A stretch of 64,000 nucleotides of DNA from contig JAAOMT010000282.1 in assembly GCA_016748015.1 (NCBI GenBank), positions 186,001-250,000 on the forward strand, read 5' to 3'. The DNA comes from Geosiphon pyriformis uo1. Taxonomy: Eukaryota; Fungi; Glomeromycota. Below the pieces are notes generated by a model, which did no database searches, was not told where the DNA came from, and worked only from the letters and a program-made list of their open reading frames with translations. Both the position numbers and the translations under genes were made by a program. Below, one piece after another: positions 1 through 15,269 of the stretch (position 1 is its first letter; every line of letters starts with the position of its first letter).

Positions 1-734
1 AGTATCCAACAACAAGGCAAAATCTCCACCAGAATCCAACCAAGAAGCTTTCACCAGTTTAGACACAAGTAGCTCAAGTCTATGAAACTGAGAAGATACC
101 TTATTAAAAACACAATCAAAACTCTTAAACCATTTTTTCTTGAACGTTTCACCAGCCGAAAGAACCATAACCTTATGAACAATGTCCCATATTGCATTCA
201 GATCAGAAAACTGCATAGCTACAACATACTCATTCGAGAACATAACTGCATTAGCAGCCATAGCATTTCTGAATTTTGACCACTTAATCTCACTGGCATC
301 TTTGATATCATACTTTCAACAATCTTTATTAGCTTGTTTGCACAGTGAATTCAGCTGGACATTGAGCAGGCCACCCAGTCCCACAGAAACATAAACAGCC
401 TTGTGATCAGTATCAAAATATTTCTCAACACCATCCACACCACGATCTACCACTGCTCTAACCAAATTAGAAGAAACAAACACATAGTCAATTGTTTTAG
501 TAATACCATGAGAATTGCACCAAGTAGGTGACTTTACAAGAGAGCTCCCTCCCAGAGAGTTAATCAAACCCAAATCAAAACATTTTTTAAAGCTAACATA
601 TTTGTGTAAACCATCCTCATTAAAATCATCACCAAGAATAACAAAGAAAGACTTATTAATGGCTTTAGCAATGAGAAAGTTGATCTTACCAGCCTGAGAA
701 AACTGAGCCACCAATGAAGCACCAGCATAGAGCC
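1..734 (-). mobile_element. 5'-truncated LINE (ORF2 APE endonuclease region), continues off the left edge
   Basis: ORF 316-714 has APE motifs ILGDDFNE, PTWCNS..TIDYVFVS and DTDHKAV. It is homologous to 7304-7765 and 14715-15113 and ends abruptly at a T-tract at ~735. Confidence 0.85.
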
Positions 735-2200
735 ATTTTTTTTTTAAATTAAAAAAATTATTTCAAAACTAACAACAAATAAAATTAAGAATAAGTTTAA
801 AATAAAAGAATAATAAAAAAAATTTATTAAACCAAAAGTTTTAATAATAAGAAAATTAAATATTTATAATATAAAAACTATACTAATTATTCAAAACATA
901 AAATTAAAAAATTTGATTTAATCTTCAATATTTTAAATGAAAAAATAATTATTTTTTGCTAATTATTTTCTAAAAGCTAATTCTTAATAAAAGACAAACA
1001 TAAAAATTAACTAACTTTAAATTATTTTTAATTAAAAAATTTCTGTTTATTTTATTGATATTTTTTAGTGTAAATAAAAAATATAAATGTATTAAAATTT
1101 TAACTAAATAATAAATACTAATTAATATATTTAAAATATATTTATACTTATTATAAATTTAAATATTAAAATAAGTAACAAAATTAATTATTAAATTATT
1201 AAGCTTATAATAAACATAAAATTTTTATAATAAATAATTTGGTTAAAAATAATATGGAAGTTTAAAATTATAAATTGTAGAATATTTTTAATAAAAATAT
1301 TAATATTATTATCTTAAGAGATTAAATCTTTACTTTTTTTACATATTATAACATTAAAAAATTTAAAATAAAGTAAATAAGATAGTATTAAATTATAAAA
1401 TATATTTATGTTAATCTTAGTGTTTATAATATATGCTGTCAGTTTAATATTAAAACACTAAAAAATAATACTGATAAATATAATATAAATAAATAAATTA
1501 TTTTTTTTCTATTTAAATTTTTAATAAATTTAAAAATTAAATTAATTATTATATTAAATATTAAAATCAAATATAATAAAACCTATTATATTAAATAAGT
1601 AAATTATTTATTTGTATTACTATATTAAAATAATTTGCTAATATTGATTTTAATTTACCAAATTTATGATCAATGATTTTAGTATAATTATTTTTAATTA
1701 ATATTTAATTTTATTAAAATCTAAATAATTTAATTTTAGCAGCAAAAAGTATGACAAACTTATTATATATTTTAGTTAAAAAATTAAGATTCTGTTTGAA
1801 ACAATATAAATGTATATACAATATTTTAGAATAAAATTTATGTCTTATTTCAAAATTATTTATTATTTATTTAAAAATATAGTATAAACTATTATATACA
1901 ATATTTTTTTATAACTTTTTTAAAAAAATTATTTAAGTAAATTACAATAAAACCAAAAACAAAATACACTCCAAAGCCAATACAATTACTTATAGTTTAG
2001 CTAATATAAAAAAAATTCTTTATTTTAATATTAACAACTAGATTTAAATTAGTAAAAAACATAGTAATATTATATTTTATATTAATTATATTTAATTTTT
2101 TTAAAAAATTATTTATGTAAACACGAATTATATTTAAATTAGTTATTAAAAAGTAATTTTTATTACAAAAAATTACTAAAACTAAATAATTTAAAAAATT
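735..2200 (-). mobile_element. Extremely decayed LINE relic with an RNase H remnant
   Basis: 1960-2010 (acactccaaagccaatacaattacttatagtttagctaa) aligns with the LAELQAVALALECV-coding DNA at 4300-4340. The rest is extremely AT-rich and the boundaries are approximate. Confidence 0.4.
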
Positions 2201-3184
2201 AAAGACAATAAATTAAAAATAATATAATATAACAGATTTTATTATTAAATAACTAGTTATTAATCTGAACTAATTAAAAATAAAACTTTTAAGATCAAGT
2301 TTTTCTTAATAATAAAAATTTTTTTAATCAAAAATTAAGTTTTTTTTAGTAAAAAACTGTTTTGAATCAGAAGTAGCTATTTGAGTAAAAAAGTTTAATT
2401 TACTTAAAAAAAAATCAAAAACAAAAGTGGTTTGATCACTTTTTTTTTCTGTTTCAAAAAAAGTTTTAACTAACTGGTAAGCAGCAATTTAAATATAAAA
2501 TTAATGATTCAAATATTTAAAATTAGGAGACTGTTGTTTAAAAGCTATTAAGTATAAGAGCTAATTAATATTGTTGTTTCTTTTTTAAAAACTTTTTCAA
2601 AGTAAATTTGGTCAAAAAAGTAAACTATATAGACTGTATAAGTTTCAACTAAATATTTGTTTAAAAACTAGTTTTAAAAGTTTTAAAATTGTTTACTAAA
2701 TTGTTTTTTAACAGAGAAACAAATCAAACAGAAAGACAAAAAATTAAGTTTAACAAAGTTTAAGTTATTTTTGTTGTGTACTACAAAATATTTTTCTAAT
2801 TATTATAGCAGATATAAATAATTACTTATATAATAAAAAACTACTTTTATGTTAAAGATTGAAATAACAAGTTAATAAATAGTAAAATAAAACAAAATTA
2901 TAAAATAATGAAATAGATCAAAAAAAATTATAATAAAAGAGTGAATTAAATATATATAAACTCAATATGTATAATTAGTCTTATAAAAATTACAGTTATA
3001 AATTTTTTTTGAAAATCTGATGATAGAAAAATAATCTATAATTATTTTTTTTATTATGAAATTAATGAGTGAAGTCCAACTGTTATCTAATACATAGAAC
3101 CAAACTAAATAAAACAAACTAAACATAGCTCATGTACTTACTATATATGACCAGCCACTTGGGTCAGACAAAACAATATTACAC

Positions 3185-6100
3185 ACTTATATTAACAAAT
3201 ATATTATCACCTAAATCTGAAAAAAATGACATATTCTACATCTATCAAAACTAACAGCAAAAGATTCCATAACACTAAGCATACAAATTATTCTATCTAA
3301 CAACAAAAACATTACACAACAAAACAAGTCTAAAACCAAACTATTATCACCAATCAAACTAGCTTTTTTTATATTCATCTTATGCTTAGATCTAACAAGC
3401 CATATCTTAATGTAATGTAATTCTATCATAAATCTAATATAATTGACAAGAGCCAGAATGGGTTTTTTTTTCTTCAAAGACCAAAATGGTCTTAGTAAGC
3501 CAATTTTTTAACATAAAACCTTTGTAAATCATAGTATAAAGACCCATATACAAAAAACACATCAAAAGTAACCACAAAATAGCTGAAGCAGATAGACAAA
3601 AAGAACTCAACAATAATATTCATCTTTCAACAGTCTTAGCCAAAATGTTCTTATGAAGACTGATGTTATTAGAACAAGTAAAAACATGATCAAACAACTC
3701 CATCTCATCACACAGTAAGCACAACACTCCAGAATAATTTTTGTCATACAATCTCTTTTTAACCTCTATCAACAGCTGTTTATATACTATTTTTATCAAA
3801 TATGTGTACAGACTAGCCAATTTTCTACTAGTAAATCTGGAAAGCATGTGTAAAACAGATTGCCAAATCTTTGTAATAACAGCCCAATTTATTTTTCTAA
3901 TCATAATACTTAAAACCATATCATAACTAAAACTAGTCTCCTAATAAGCACAGCAAATCAACCAGTACAGATTACAAACAAAATGATGAGTATTATCAGA
4001 CACAGCAGTGCTTTTAACAACCAAAAACTATTTTTAAATTCCAACCAGCAAAGAAAAGAAAAAAAAAGTGGTTTCACTAGCCAACACATTAATCTTAATA
4101 TTGCTTAAAACCTCTAAATGTCTCTTGACTTTTACTCATTTAACCAAAATGTTTTTATTCTTAATAAGATTAGTTATATGCAATTTTTTGATCCAATATT
4201 GACTGCAGAAGTCAAGCACAACAAATAAAACTTCAGACACATAAGCATTAATTGCAGATTGGTTGTTCAAATAAAAAACTACAGTACAGAAAAATAGAAC
4301 ACACTCTAAAGCCAAAGCAACAGCTTGTAACTCAGCCAAAGTAGAAAACAGAAGCCTAAATACTTTAACTTCAATATCCATGTCCATAACCAGAAAGTAA
4401 GCAGCCATTCCACTTGCCATTTCAGCAAAACCAGTACTTTTTAAGAACCCATCTGTATAGACCTTAATACAATCTAACCAAATCTCTAGCAAACTACCAT
4501 GTACATCAGAGAACTTTTCAGAATCTAAGACATTTAACACAGGCAATTTGGGATCAACAGCAAACTTGACCTTCAAAGAAACATTATTGCTTATAAACTC
4601 AGATGCCAATACAAACCAGTAAATAACAAAGCTTCTTGAATTCAACTTTTTTTACTGCTGAAATGTTTTTTAGTTCATTATTTTTTTTTTCTTGTCCAAA
4701 AGTCTGTTACTAAATGCAACACCAAACTGCTTTAGAAAAAGAACAAAGTTGTAATATAAAAATTTCTCCAAAATGCCAAACATTAGAAACCTACCAGACT
4801 CTTAAAAAGCACTGGACTAATTGTTTGCCAAAGATAATTTGTTTTCCAAAAAAATTTTTATCACAGCAGTCAAAAAATTATTCACTGGATTAATATATAA
4901 CTTGACAGAAAACTGTAAAAGATTTAAAGAAAATCATCCCAGAACTTGTAAATCCAAAAACCTATATTCAAATAACTGTCCAAGAATACCATAGACATTG
5001 GAAAAGAAAACCAGTAAAGCCAATTTTTTCTTAGACTGTATTTGCTCAAAAGATTTCAAACTATACAAAAAAAGATAATGTAAAATCTCACTGGGAAAAT
5101 TACATGGCAAACCAGCTTTTATTTTAAAACTTTTTCTGATCATAACATTTCACTTATGACACATATCTAATGAGATAAAACTAAACTGTATCTAATAGCT
5201 AATTATGGGCTACAAAACAACTAAAACCAAGTAAGAAAATTGTTTATCTGTGATTTTTTTTTAAACACTACATTAGAAAAAAACCTAATATCTACATAAG
5301 CCTAAGTCAAACTAAACTTGAAAAGACCCTCAATAAATAAGAAAATACCCAAGTATCTATGTAATTTACCCTTTTTAGCAATCAAGATAAGTAAACTATT
5401 AATTAACAGTAAAGCAAACCTGATACTCTGATTGATGAAGATAGCCACTGTTTTATTATTGTTAATTAAAATGTTATTAACATTAAAGAACTTATTGACA
5501 ATATTTAAAATGTATTGTATTGAAGTTTAACAACTTCCAACTCAGATTGTGTTATTGACAAAGACACCAACCACTAAAAAAAAAGTTCTTCCATTAATAG
5601 TCTCAACTCTGCCAGTTTTTACCACAAACTTAGTATTAATATAGTATCTACACAAATGCTTATGTCTTTTTATTTCACACAAAAGTAGATCATAAAAAAT
5701 TTTTCAAAGAAGCAAAGAAAAAATCTCACTCTAATTCAAGCCATTATGTATTTTATAACTATTTGAGAGTTTAAAGTTTATTATTACTCTATTGATCTAA
5801 TTCTTATAAATATTGCCAAAAAATCTAATAAACCAATTGCATATTTTGATGCAGTGTAAACTAGTTTTTAAATGATGTCAGCCAATTAAATCATAAGCCT
5901 TGCACATATTTTACAATATCAACCAAAGCTCTCTGTTTTTTTCTAGAGCATTTTTAAAAACTGACCCAATGGCAAAAATAGGAGATTGAGTATCTTTTAA
6001 CACTAAAAAATTATTATCACAAAGAACATTAAATTTGCTGCATATCAATGAGATTCTATTAGAAAAAATCTTAGATAATATCTTCTATGCTGTCTTAATT

Positions 6101-7859
6101 AATGCAATAGGTTTAGTATTTGTCAAAATGCCATTTTATTCATAAGGTTTTGGGATTATTGAGATCTATGTTTTCTTTCAAGGAATTGAAATTTCATCCA
6201 AAGTTAAACACAAATTTAACAACTTCAAAAAACAAACCAATATCTCTTTATTATAATGTTCTCAAAGTTTATTAGGTATTTTTGACAAACCAGCAATTTT
6301 ATTATTTGGCAAATTATTAACAACTAAAAACAACTCTTCTATATTAATTTTTTTTATCACACCAAAAAAGACATTATTATCAACATAGTCCAAAAGCATA
6401 TATTAATGAGTTCAGAGGTCAGGCATTTGTGAAAGCACCAATTGCTTCTTTGTCTATCCTTCTATAATCTTATTCACATTAAGCTTAACTTCATTAGACT
6501 TAACTACCAATTCATTTTTTACTACCAAGTAATCTAAAACAATCTTGCAAAATAACCAGTCTAAAATGCTATTTATTATCTATCTTTTATTAAAACAAAA
6601 ATTTTCTATATGACAATCAATTGTTTTTCTAATAAATATATTTTCAGCTATTTTAGACTTATAATACTTTGACTTCTGATACTTTTTCTTTACTATCAAC
6701 AAATGTTTGATCAAACTTATTAAACTTATATTATTCGGAACTATGTTGACAACTTTAAACATTTCAACATTATTAATAGCCAACCAAATTCCAACAAGAT
6801 GGTCAAAATTCAAGAAATCTTCAAAATTCTATGCTTTCACAATTTTTGCAATAAGCAACTCTAATCTGAAGAATTTTGAAGATTGTTTGTTTCTTGAACA
6901 ATTATATTTACTATACCAATGTTTAGAAAACATCTTATTAGTAGCTTATATCATTACATTTTTTAATACCATCTATATTATATCTAAGTTATCAGCATTG
7001 TATGTATTTTCAAACATGTTTGATATTACTAACAGTTCAATAAAAGACTGCTTCTTAAAACATAATTATTGGGCCTTATCTGTATTTCCAAATTTAAACT
7101 TTTACTAATTCCATTGGCCTGTTTACAAGCATTACTAAGACAAGTATTCAGAAGTCCACTTAAATTAATTATGATAAAAATCATCTTATGATCCATATTT
7201 AAAACTTTAACACATAATCAACTTTATGGAATGCAATTGTAGATGCCAGGTTTTTACTTACAAAAATAAAATTCAGTATCTTTTCAACACTCCTAGAATT
7301 GCTTCAAGTAGGCATATTAGTCAATAAATATTTATTAAAAGTATTAACCAGGTCCAGATCTAAACAAAACTTGAAACTCGCACTTTTCTTAGAACTATTC
7401 TTATTAAAGTTATTATCTAATACTGTGATGGAGCTAGAATTGACTGTTTTAAAAATTATTGTGCTGATATTAGAAGTTTGGTCAACATATGCATTAGTAA
7501 ATGCATTAGCATACAAGCCTAATATAGTAATCAAACATTTGTTTTTGAACAAAAAATGCACAGAAATTAACCAATTTGGAATCTCTTTTATCTTTATAAC
7601 ATGTTTAGCCAAAGAATTGTTTATAATTATGGCAATTCTAGTACCAAGAAAACCCATATCCAAATCTGAAGTAAAAATCTGAACTCTATCAAACTTATTT
7701 ATGATCCATAATAAAATATTAAACCTCAATTTCATCTTAATAATAATTGAAATCATATTATCCAAATTTTTATATCAACAAACAATGTCTTTCTATTTAG
7801 TAGGAACATTAATACCTCGAATATTACATATAGTAAATTTCCAAACCAGATTAGTTATT
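3185..7859 (-). pseudogene. LINE-a ORF2: endonuclease-RT-RNase H-zinc finger, many stops
   Basis: Colinear with ORF2 of 10581-15269. The catalytic FVDD has decayed to FVNN at ~5551-5562. Confidence 0.85.
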
Positions 7860-9789
7860 GAGAAAAAATATGCATTGAAGAGTTCAAGTTTGCATACAAC
7901 AAATCCAATTTCTCCAAAATTGAATCCACAGAAGCATCAAAAACCACCAATTTTGACTTTAAACCATCAACTTTGGCTGTAAAAATCTTCGAACTACTAA
8001 AACACAGATCCACAATCTCATTTTTTGCAGCCAGAATGGAAAAAAAAAAGACAATTGTGAGTTATCTAAAACCATATTCGAGTTTAATAGCAACAACAAC
8101 AAAACAGAAACAACTAAAAGCACAATATAAGAGATAAGTACCAGAGGCACCAGCTCCACATTATTCAATTTACATATAATACTTAAAATCTGATTGGCTA
8201 AAAGTTCTAAAAAACACTCCAAAAAAGCAAGATAATTAACAATAGATAATTTATTAAGAACAATTGAAAAAAATTTTTCCTTAACATGTAAACAACTAAA
8301 AAAATGAAAACCAGAGCCAGAACTAGCCCCAAACTGCCACCAGAAAAAACAACAGTAAATGAAACAATCTGAGCCCAAGATTTGTCATCAAAAGAAACCA
8401 AATGAGCAATTGGTGTCTGTTTTTTTTATATATGTTGGCTAAATAAACTTGATTCTAAAAAATTACTACTTGTTTACCATAAAAACCAAAATTTCCATTT
8501 ATGAAACACATACTGGAAACATGACCAAATAGTTTGCAATATGCATAGCAAGCCAAAAACAGACTAGTCCAATGTAAATTCACATTTTTAAAAACTAAAA
8601 CAGAACCAATAGCAGCCAACTTGAATGCTTTATCAGAAAAACAAATTACAGCACATCTATTACACACATACAAATTTAGGTTGTGGCCAATAAAACAAAT
8701 TTTTCTATCATAAAAATCCAACAAATTAGAGAGGTCATAAACTATAGTTTTAACAGACAAAGTATACAACAAAGCCTGATGTTAATCCTTAAATACTTAT
8801 ATATATTTATTATTAATTATTTTTGCTATACAAACAAAGTTTTTTCTCATAAGCACAAACTATCTAACTACAACCAAATTAGCTATCTTAGATGATTTAT
8901 ATTTTACTAAGGTCTTTTGTCAAAGACCAATTAGTTGTATCTTAATTGACATAATTTTATTAAACTTAAAAAAAACTGATTTTACAGCCAATTTTAAAAG
9001 ATTAACAGGAATTTTTCTAATTATCACTTTCCGATTTGAGCAGTTGTTTATCTTTTTAACATTATTATTAACCAGAATTTTTTTACTAACAGCCATTTCT
9101 TTAGCTTTTTTTAAACTCAGTTCAGATATAAAAGAAAATCTGATTATTTTTGGAAATTTTGAGGAAGTAAATGTTCTCCCAAAACCATCTACATGATAAA
9201 AAATCTTTTTAACACACATTAATTTATTACCCAAAGTTTTGTTGAATACAGCAGATAACTCAACATCCAACACAAATAACTTCACTTAATTGAAACTTAG
9301 TTTTTATGAAACACATAACTTAGTCAATAAGAGCTGCTTAAAACCATCAAACTTAGGTAATAGAAGCATTAAAACATTGTCATTATCACTCAGATTTGCA
9401 AACACAAAAGTTTTTGAAGGCTGTCTTAATACATACATACAAGTACAAGTTTTCTGTAATATAATATTATTTATAATATTATCAGTCATTAAATTATCTG
9501 AATCTGCATAGTTTATTTCCTTAGCAACCAAATTTATCATATTTTTTATGTTCAAAAAACTACTGACACTACTAGTTTTGCTATCAACTTTGCTACCAAT
9601 ATCATCAAAAACTAAAAAACCAGCAGATAAGTTAACTATATTAATATTTGTAATAGGCTTTTTTAGTTTCTTATAAGATATACTATAAAAGTAAATACTT
9701 TTTACATGTTTTTTCTTTGCACTTAAGTGGGTCCCCAAACCAGCCAACTCCAAACCAGAATCACCAGCAGAAGTGTTTACTGGATTTAT
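7856..9789 (-). pseudogene. LINE-a ORF1 (RRM-like, CX2CX4HX4C, coiled coil)
   Basis: Fragments 9304-9753, 8920-9285, 8455-8772 (CAYCKLFGHVSSMC) and 7959-8378 (LECFLELLANQI). The start ATG appears decayed to ATA at ~9789. Confidence 0.75.
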
Positions 9790-10580
9790 TACAACAAAAA
9801 GAGATAAGTCAGAAGAAATAATTAGAAAAGATGCAAAGAAAGAAAGGAGAAAAAACTAATTAAAACTTCAAGAAATCTATATTTTTATTATGGCCAGAGG
9901 ATCAACAAGAAAAAAATTTTGTTTATAATTGTTAATAAAATAATATGACAGCTATTATTATATATCTTAACTTAGCAATTCTTAAAATTAATGATAACTA
10001 TTATTGTGCTTTTTAATTGTTTTTTTATTTTATAAATTACAAGAGCAAGCAATTGTTTTTTAGATTAATTCTAACTATAAAAATAAAAATAAAATAAAAA
10101 ATAAGATATATAAATACCAACAAGTAATTTTTTATCTTAAAATATTCAGATATTTGAAAATAGAAAAAAAAAATAATATAAAGGAAAGTAATTAATAGTG
10201 AATTTTATTTTATTATTTTGATTATAATATTCTATAATTAAGAGATTTATTACTAATATAGCTATTGAAAGTAGTTAATAATTAAATCAGCAAATAGGTC
10301 AACAATTAAATTATTAATCAGATCAATAATTACTATCTAAAAATAGAGAAGCTAATTATATAATATTAGTAGCTAATACATATAATAACTAATAAAAACT
10401 ATAACTTTTAATTATAATAATAATTAATAATTAATTAAACTTTTTTATTATTATTATTAAGGTTTAATGAGTAAAGTCCAACCACTATCTAATACAGAGA
10501 ACCAAACTAAGTGGATCAAACTAAATATAGTTCACACACTTTTTACATATGGCCAGCCACTCAGGCCGGTCAAAGTGACA

Positions 10581-13500
10581 CTATACATCTATCTCAATAT
10601 ACAAATCACCATCCAAACCAAAAAAAAAATGGCACAATCTATGCCTACCAAAACTAACAGCAAAAAACTCTATCACACCAAGCATATGAACCACTCCATC
10701 CAATAACAAAGACACTATACAATAAGACAAGTCTGATATTATATCATCATTATCAGCCAAACCAGTCTTTTCCATATCTGCTTTATGCTTAGATTTAACA
10801 AACCATACCCTAATGTGATATAATTCTATTACATACCTGACAAAATCCACCAAAGCTAAAGCAGTCTTTTTTCTACTTTCAAAAACCAAAGTGGTCTCAA
10901 TAAACCAACTTCTTAACACAAAGCCCTTGCAAATTGCAGCATATAAACCTATATCCAAAGAACACAATGAAAACAAATATAAGACATTTGAGCCAGGTGA
11001 ACAAGAAGAATCTGTCAAAGATGTCCACTTATTAGCAGCTTTTGCTAAGATCTCTACCTGAAAAACAGTATTTCCAGAATAAGTAAAAACATGATCAAGC
11101 AACTCCATCTCACTGTACAGCAAGCACAAAATTTCAGGATAATTCTTGTCATACAACTTCTTTTTAACTGCCATTGGCAGTTGTCTATGCACTGCTTTTA
11201 TCAAATATGTGCACAGATTAGCTGACTTCCTACTGGTAAACTCAGAAAGCATGTGAGAATTAGGATGTCAAACATCAGTAGTCACAATTCAATCTACTTT
11301 TTTAAGCATAATATTTGGGATTACATCATGACCAGAACCAGTCTTCCAATGAGCATGGCAAATTGATTGGTATATATTGCAAATAAAATGATGGGCATTA
11401 CCAGACATAGCAGTGTTTTCAGCAACCAAAAACCACTTCTGAATCCCAACTGACAAAGTGAAAGAAGAGGTAGTGGTCTTACTGGCTAATTCATCAGCCT
11501 TAATATTGCTCAGAACCTCTGAATGTCTTTTTATCTTCATCTATTTAACTGAAATATCCTTATTTTTAATGAGATTGACAACATGCAATTATTTGATCCA
11601 ACATTAACTGTGGAAATCAGACAAAGGCAAAGAAGTCTTAGACACACAAACATCAATCGCAGATTGACTATCTGAATACAGAGTCACAGTACATGAAGCT
11701 AGAACACACTCTAAAGCCAAAGCAATGGCCTGTAATTCAGTCAAAGTAGAAGACAGTAAACTAAATACTCTAACTCTAATGCTCACATTAGCTGCCAGAA
11801 AGTAAGCCATTGCTCCACAAGTCACCTCAGCAGAACCAGCATTCTTTAAAGACCCATCTGTATAGACTTTAATATAATCTGACCAAACATTTAACAAATT
11901 GTTACACACATCTAAGAATTCAATAGAATCCAAAACATTCAACACAGGCAAATCAGAACTGATAACAGATCTGGCCTCCAAAGCAATAGCATTGTTTATA
12001 AACTCAAACATCAATGTGAACCAGTAAGGAATAGAGCCTCTTGAATCCAGTCTCTTCTATTGTTGAAATGTTTTCCAATTCATTACCACATCCTTTTTGT
12101 CCAGAAGTCTGTCACCAAATGCAACTCCAAAATGCTTCAAAAAAAGAACAGAGTCATAATACAAAGATTTCCCCAAGATATTAGATATTGAAAATTTACA
12201 AGACCCACAAAAAGCACTGGGCAGATTGTTCACCAAGAATAACTCATTTACCAAAAAAATTCTTACAACTCCAGCCAAAAAATTGTTCACAGAACTGACA
12301 TACAACTTAACAGAAAACTGCAAAGGATTCAAAAAAGACTACCTCAGAACTTGTAGGTCCAAGAACCTATGTTCAAAAAGATGTCCAAGAATGCCACATG
12401 TATTGGAAAAAAAGACCAGAGAAGCTAGCTTTCCTTCAGACTGGATCTGCTCAAAAGGCTTCAAACCATACAAAGACGGATGATGTAAAATCTCATTGGA
12501 AAAATCACATGGTAAAACAGTCTTGGCTTTGAGATTCTTCCAAATTATCACATCCCATTTATGACAAACATCTGCTGAAACAAAACTAAACTGTATCCAA
12601 TAGCTAACAATGAGTTGTAAGACAACCAAAACTAAATAAGAAAACTGTTTATTTGTAATAGCCTTTTTCAGCACCACATTAGAAAAAAACTTGACATCTT
12701 TATAAGCTTGAGCCAAACTGAACTTAAAAAGACTCTTCATAGACAAAAATATGCCCAAGTATTTATGAGATTCACCCTTTTTAATGATTAAGATTGGCAA
12801 ACTATTAATTAAAAGTGTGGCATCTTTGACACCTTGATTGATGGGAATAATCACTGTCTTGTTATTATTAATTGAAATATCATTAACAATAAAGAACTCA
12901 CTAACTATATTCAAAATATACTGTGTCGAAACTTAACTACTTCTGACCCAAATTGTGTCATCAACAAATACACCCACAGCCAAAAAAGAAGTCTTCACTC
13001 CAACAGTCTCAACTCTGTTCATCTTAGCTACAAACTGAATATCAATATGATAACTGCACAAATGTTTATTTCTTTTGACCTCACACAAAAGTAGATCATA
13101 AAAAATTTTCTAAAGAAGTGAGGAAAAAACTTCCCCTTAATTCAACCTATCATGTACCTTATAACCATTTAAAAGACCAAAATTTATTATAACCCTGTTA
13201 ATTCAATCTTCATGAATGCCATCAAAGAAGCTGATAAACTGACCACACATTTTAATACAACACAAACTGGCCTGCAAATAATGCCAGCCCACTAAGTCAT
13301 GCTTTGTATATGTCTTGCAAAACCAGCCAAAGTTCTCTATTCTTTTCCAAAGCATCCTCCACCACTGATCCAACAGCAAAAATAGGAAATTGAGTTGAAA
13401 TGCTCTTCAACACCAAAAAGTTATTACCATGAAGAACATTAAATTTGCTACAAGCCAAAAAAATTTGATCAGATAAAATTTTAGACAAAATTTTTCAAGC

Positions 13501-15269
13501 TGTATTGACTAAAGCAATAGATTTAGTATTTGTCAATACACTATTTTATTTATAAGGCTTAAGAATTATTGATACTCACACTCTTCTCCAGGATGTAGAA
13601 ATCACACCCAATAACAAACATGAATTCAGCAGCTTTAAAAGAAAAGCCAGAACCTTTATACCACAGTATTTTCAGAGTTTATTAGGTATTCCCAACAATC
13701 CAGCAGCCTTTTCATCTAGCAGATTACCAACAACTAAGAACAATTCCTCCATATCAATCTCCTTCGTCAAACCAGAAAAAGCATTATCATCAACATAGTT
13801 TAAAGACATATACTGGCAAGACCAAAGATTGGGCTTCTGTGAAAGCATTGACCACTTTTTTGTTTACCCTTCCATAATCTCATTAACTTTAAGCTTGACC
13901 TCATTAGGCTCAATTACTAACTCATTATCTACTACTAAGTGATCCAAAACAATCTTGTGAAATGGATGTTTCAAAACACTTTTTATCATCCTTCTTTTGT
14001 CAGAACAGAAATTTTCCATATAATAGTCAATGGCCTTTTTAATAGCAGCATCTTCAGATACTTTTGATTCATAATATTTAGACTTCTAGTATTTTTTCTT
14101 CACAATTGACAAATGTTCTAACAACTTTGATGAACCAGTACCATTTAGAACCAATTCAGCAAACTTAGATGCTTTTCTATTATCAACAGCTGACCAAATC
14201 TTAACAAGTTGGTCAGATTCCAAAAGATCTCAGAACTAAAAGTTTTCACAATTCTTGAGATGAGCAGTTTTAGTTTGAAAAATTTTGAAGATTGTTTGTT
14301 TTTTGAGCAATTATATTCACTAAACCAATGTCTGAAAAATACCACATCAGCAGCATGCACTATGGTATTCCTCAATTTCTCCCATATTGGATCCAGATTA
14401 CTGTTGTTTTTCACATCTTGAAACCCATTTGAATTTGTCAGCAATCCAGCCAAAGAGAGCTTCTTAAAATATATCTATTGTGCCTTATTGGTATTCCCCA
14501 ACTTAAATTTCTATCAGTTCCTATTGGCTTGTTTGTGAACACTGTTAAGATAAGTGTCTAGAAGTCCATTCAAATCAATTGAAACTGAAATTGATTTATG
14601 ATCTGTATTAAAAAATTCTGATACATCATTGACAACATGCAATGCTACTGCAAATGCCAGATTACTACTCACAAAAATGAAGTCAATGACTTTTAAAGTG
14701 CCTTTAAAATTGCCCTAAGTAGGAGTTTTGACTAAAAAATATCCATAAAACAAGTTAACCAATCCTATATCTAAACAAAACTTGTAATTAGCACTCTTCT
14801 TAGACCCATTTTTATTAAAGTCTCCATTCAAAACAACAAAACTGCTAGAATTAATCATCTTAGCTATAAAAGAGTTGATCTCTAAGGCCAGCCCAAATTT
14901 AACTTCAGCAAATGTACCAGCATACAAACCCAAAAATGTAACTGAAAGTTTGTCTTTAAAGAAAAGCCAAACTGAAATAAAACGCCCAGGAACTTCTTCC
15001 ACTTTAAAAGCATGGCAAACTAAAAAATTGTTCATAATAATTGCCACCCCAGTCCCAAGAAAACCTTTATTCAAACCAGAAAAAAAATTTTGAACTTTCT
15101 TAAACTTATTCATAATCTATGGCCTAGTGCTAGACCTTAACTTTGTTTCTGTAATAAATGAGACCATATTTCCAGATTCTTTATGCCAACACACAACATC
15201 TTTCTGTTTGGCAGAGACATTGATACCTCAAACATTACATGTAGCAATCTTCCAAACTAAATTACTCAT
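10581..15269 (-). pseudogene. LINE-b ORF2: APE endonuclease, RT, RNase H, C-terminal zinc finger
   Basis: N-terminus MSNLVWKIATCNV, then GDFN and TDHK (endonuclease). RT has WLVLQD..KA, FVDD at 12957-12968 and HKYLG. RNase H has VYTDGS/TELQAI/YSDSQ/KIKRHS..NIKAD. C-terminus has CLL..DHVF. Confidence 0.9.

Larger units (their letters stand above)
3043..9910 (-). mobile_element. Near full-length decayed LINE with RNase H (LINE-a)
   Basis: Poly(T) plus conserved 3' UTR at 3043-3180, C-terminal CLLC..DHVFTC (3620-3919), RNase H VYTDG..AELQA (4136-4645), RT region ~5300-6300, endonuclease 7150-7860, ORF1 7856-9789. Confidence 0.9.
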
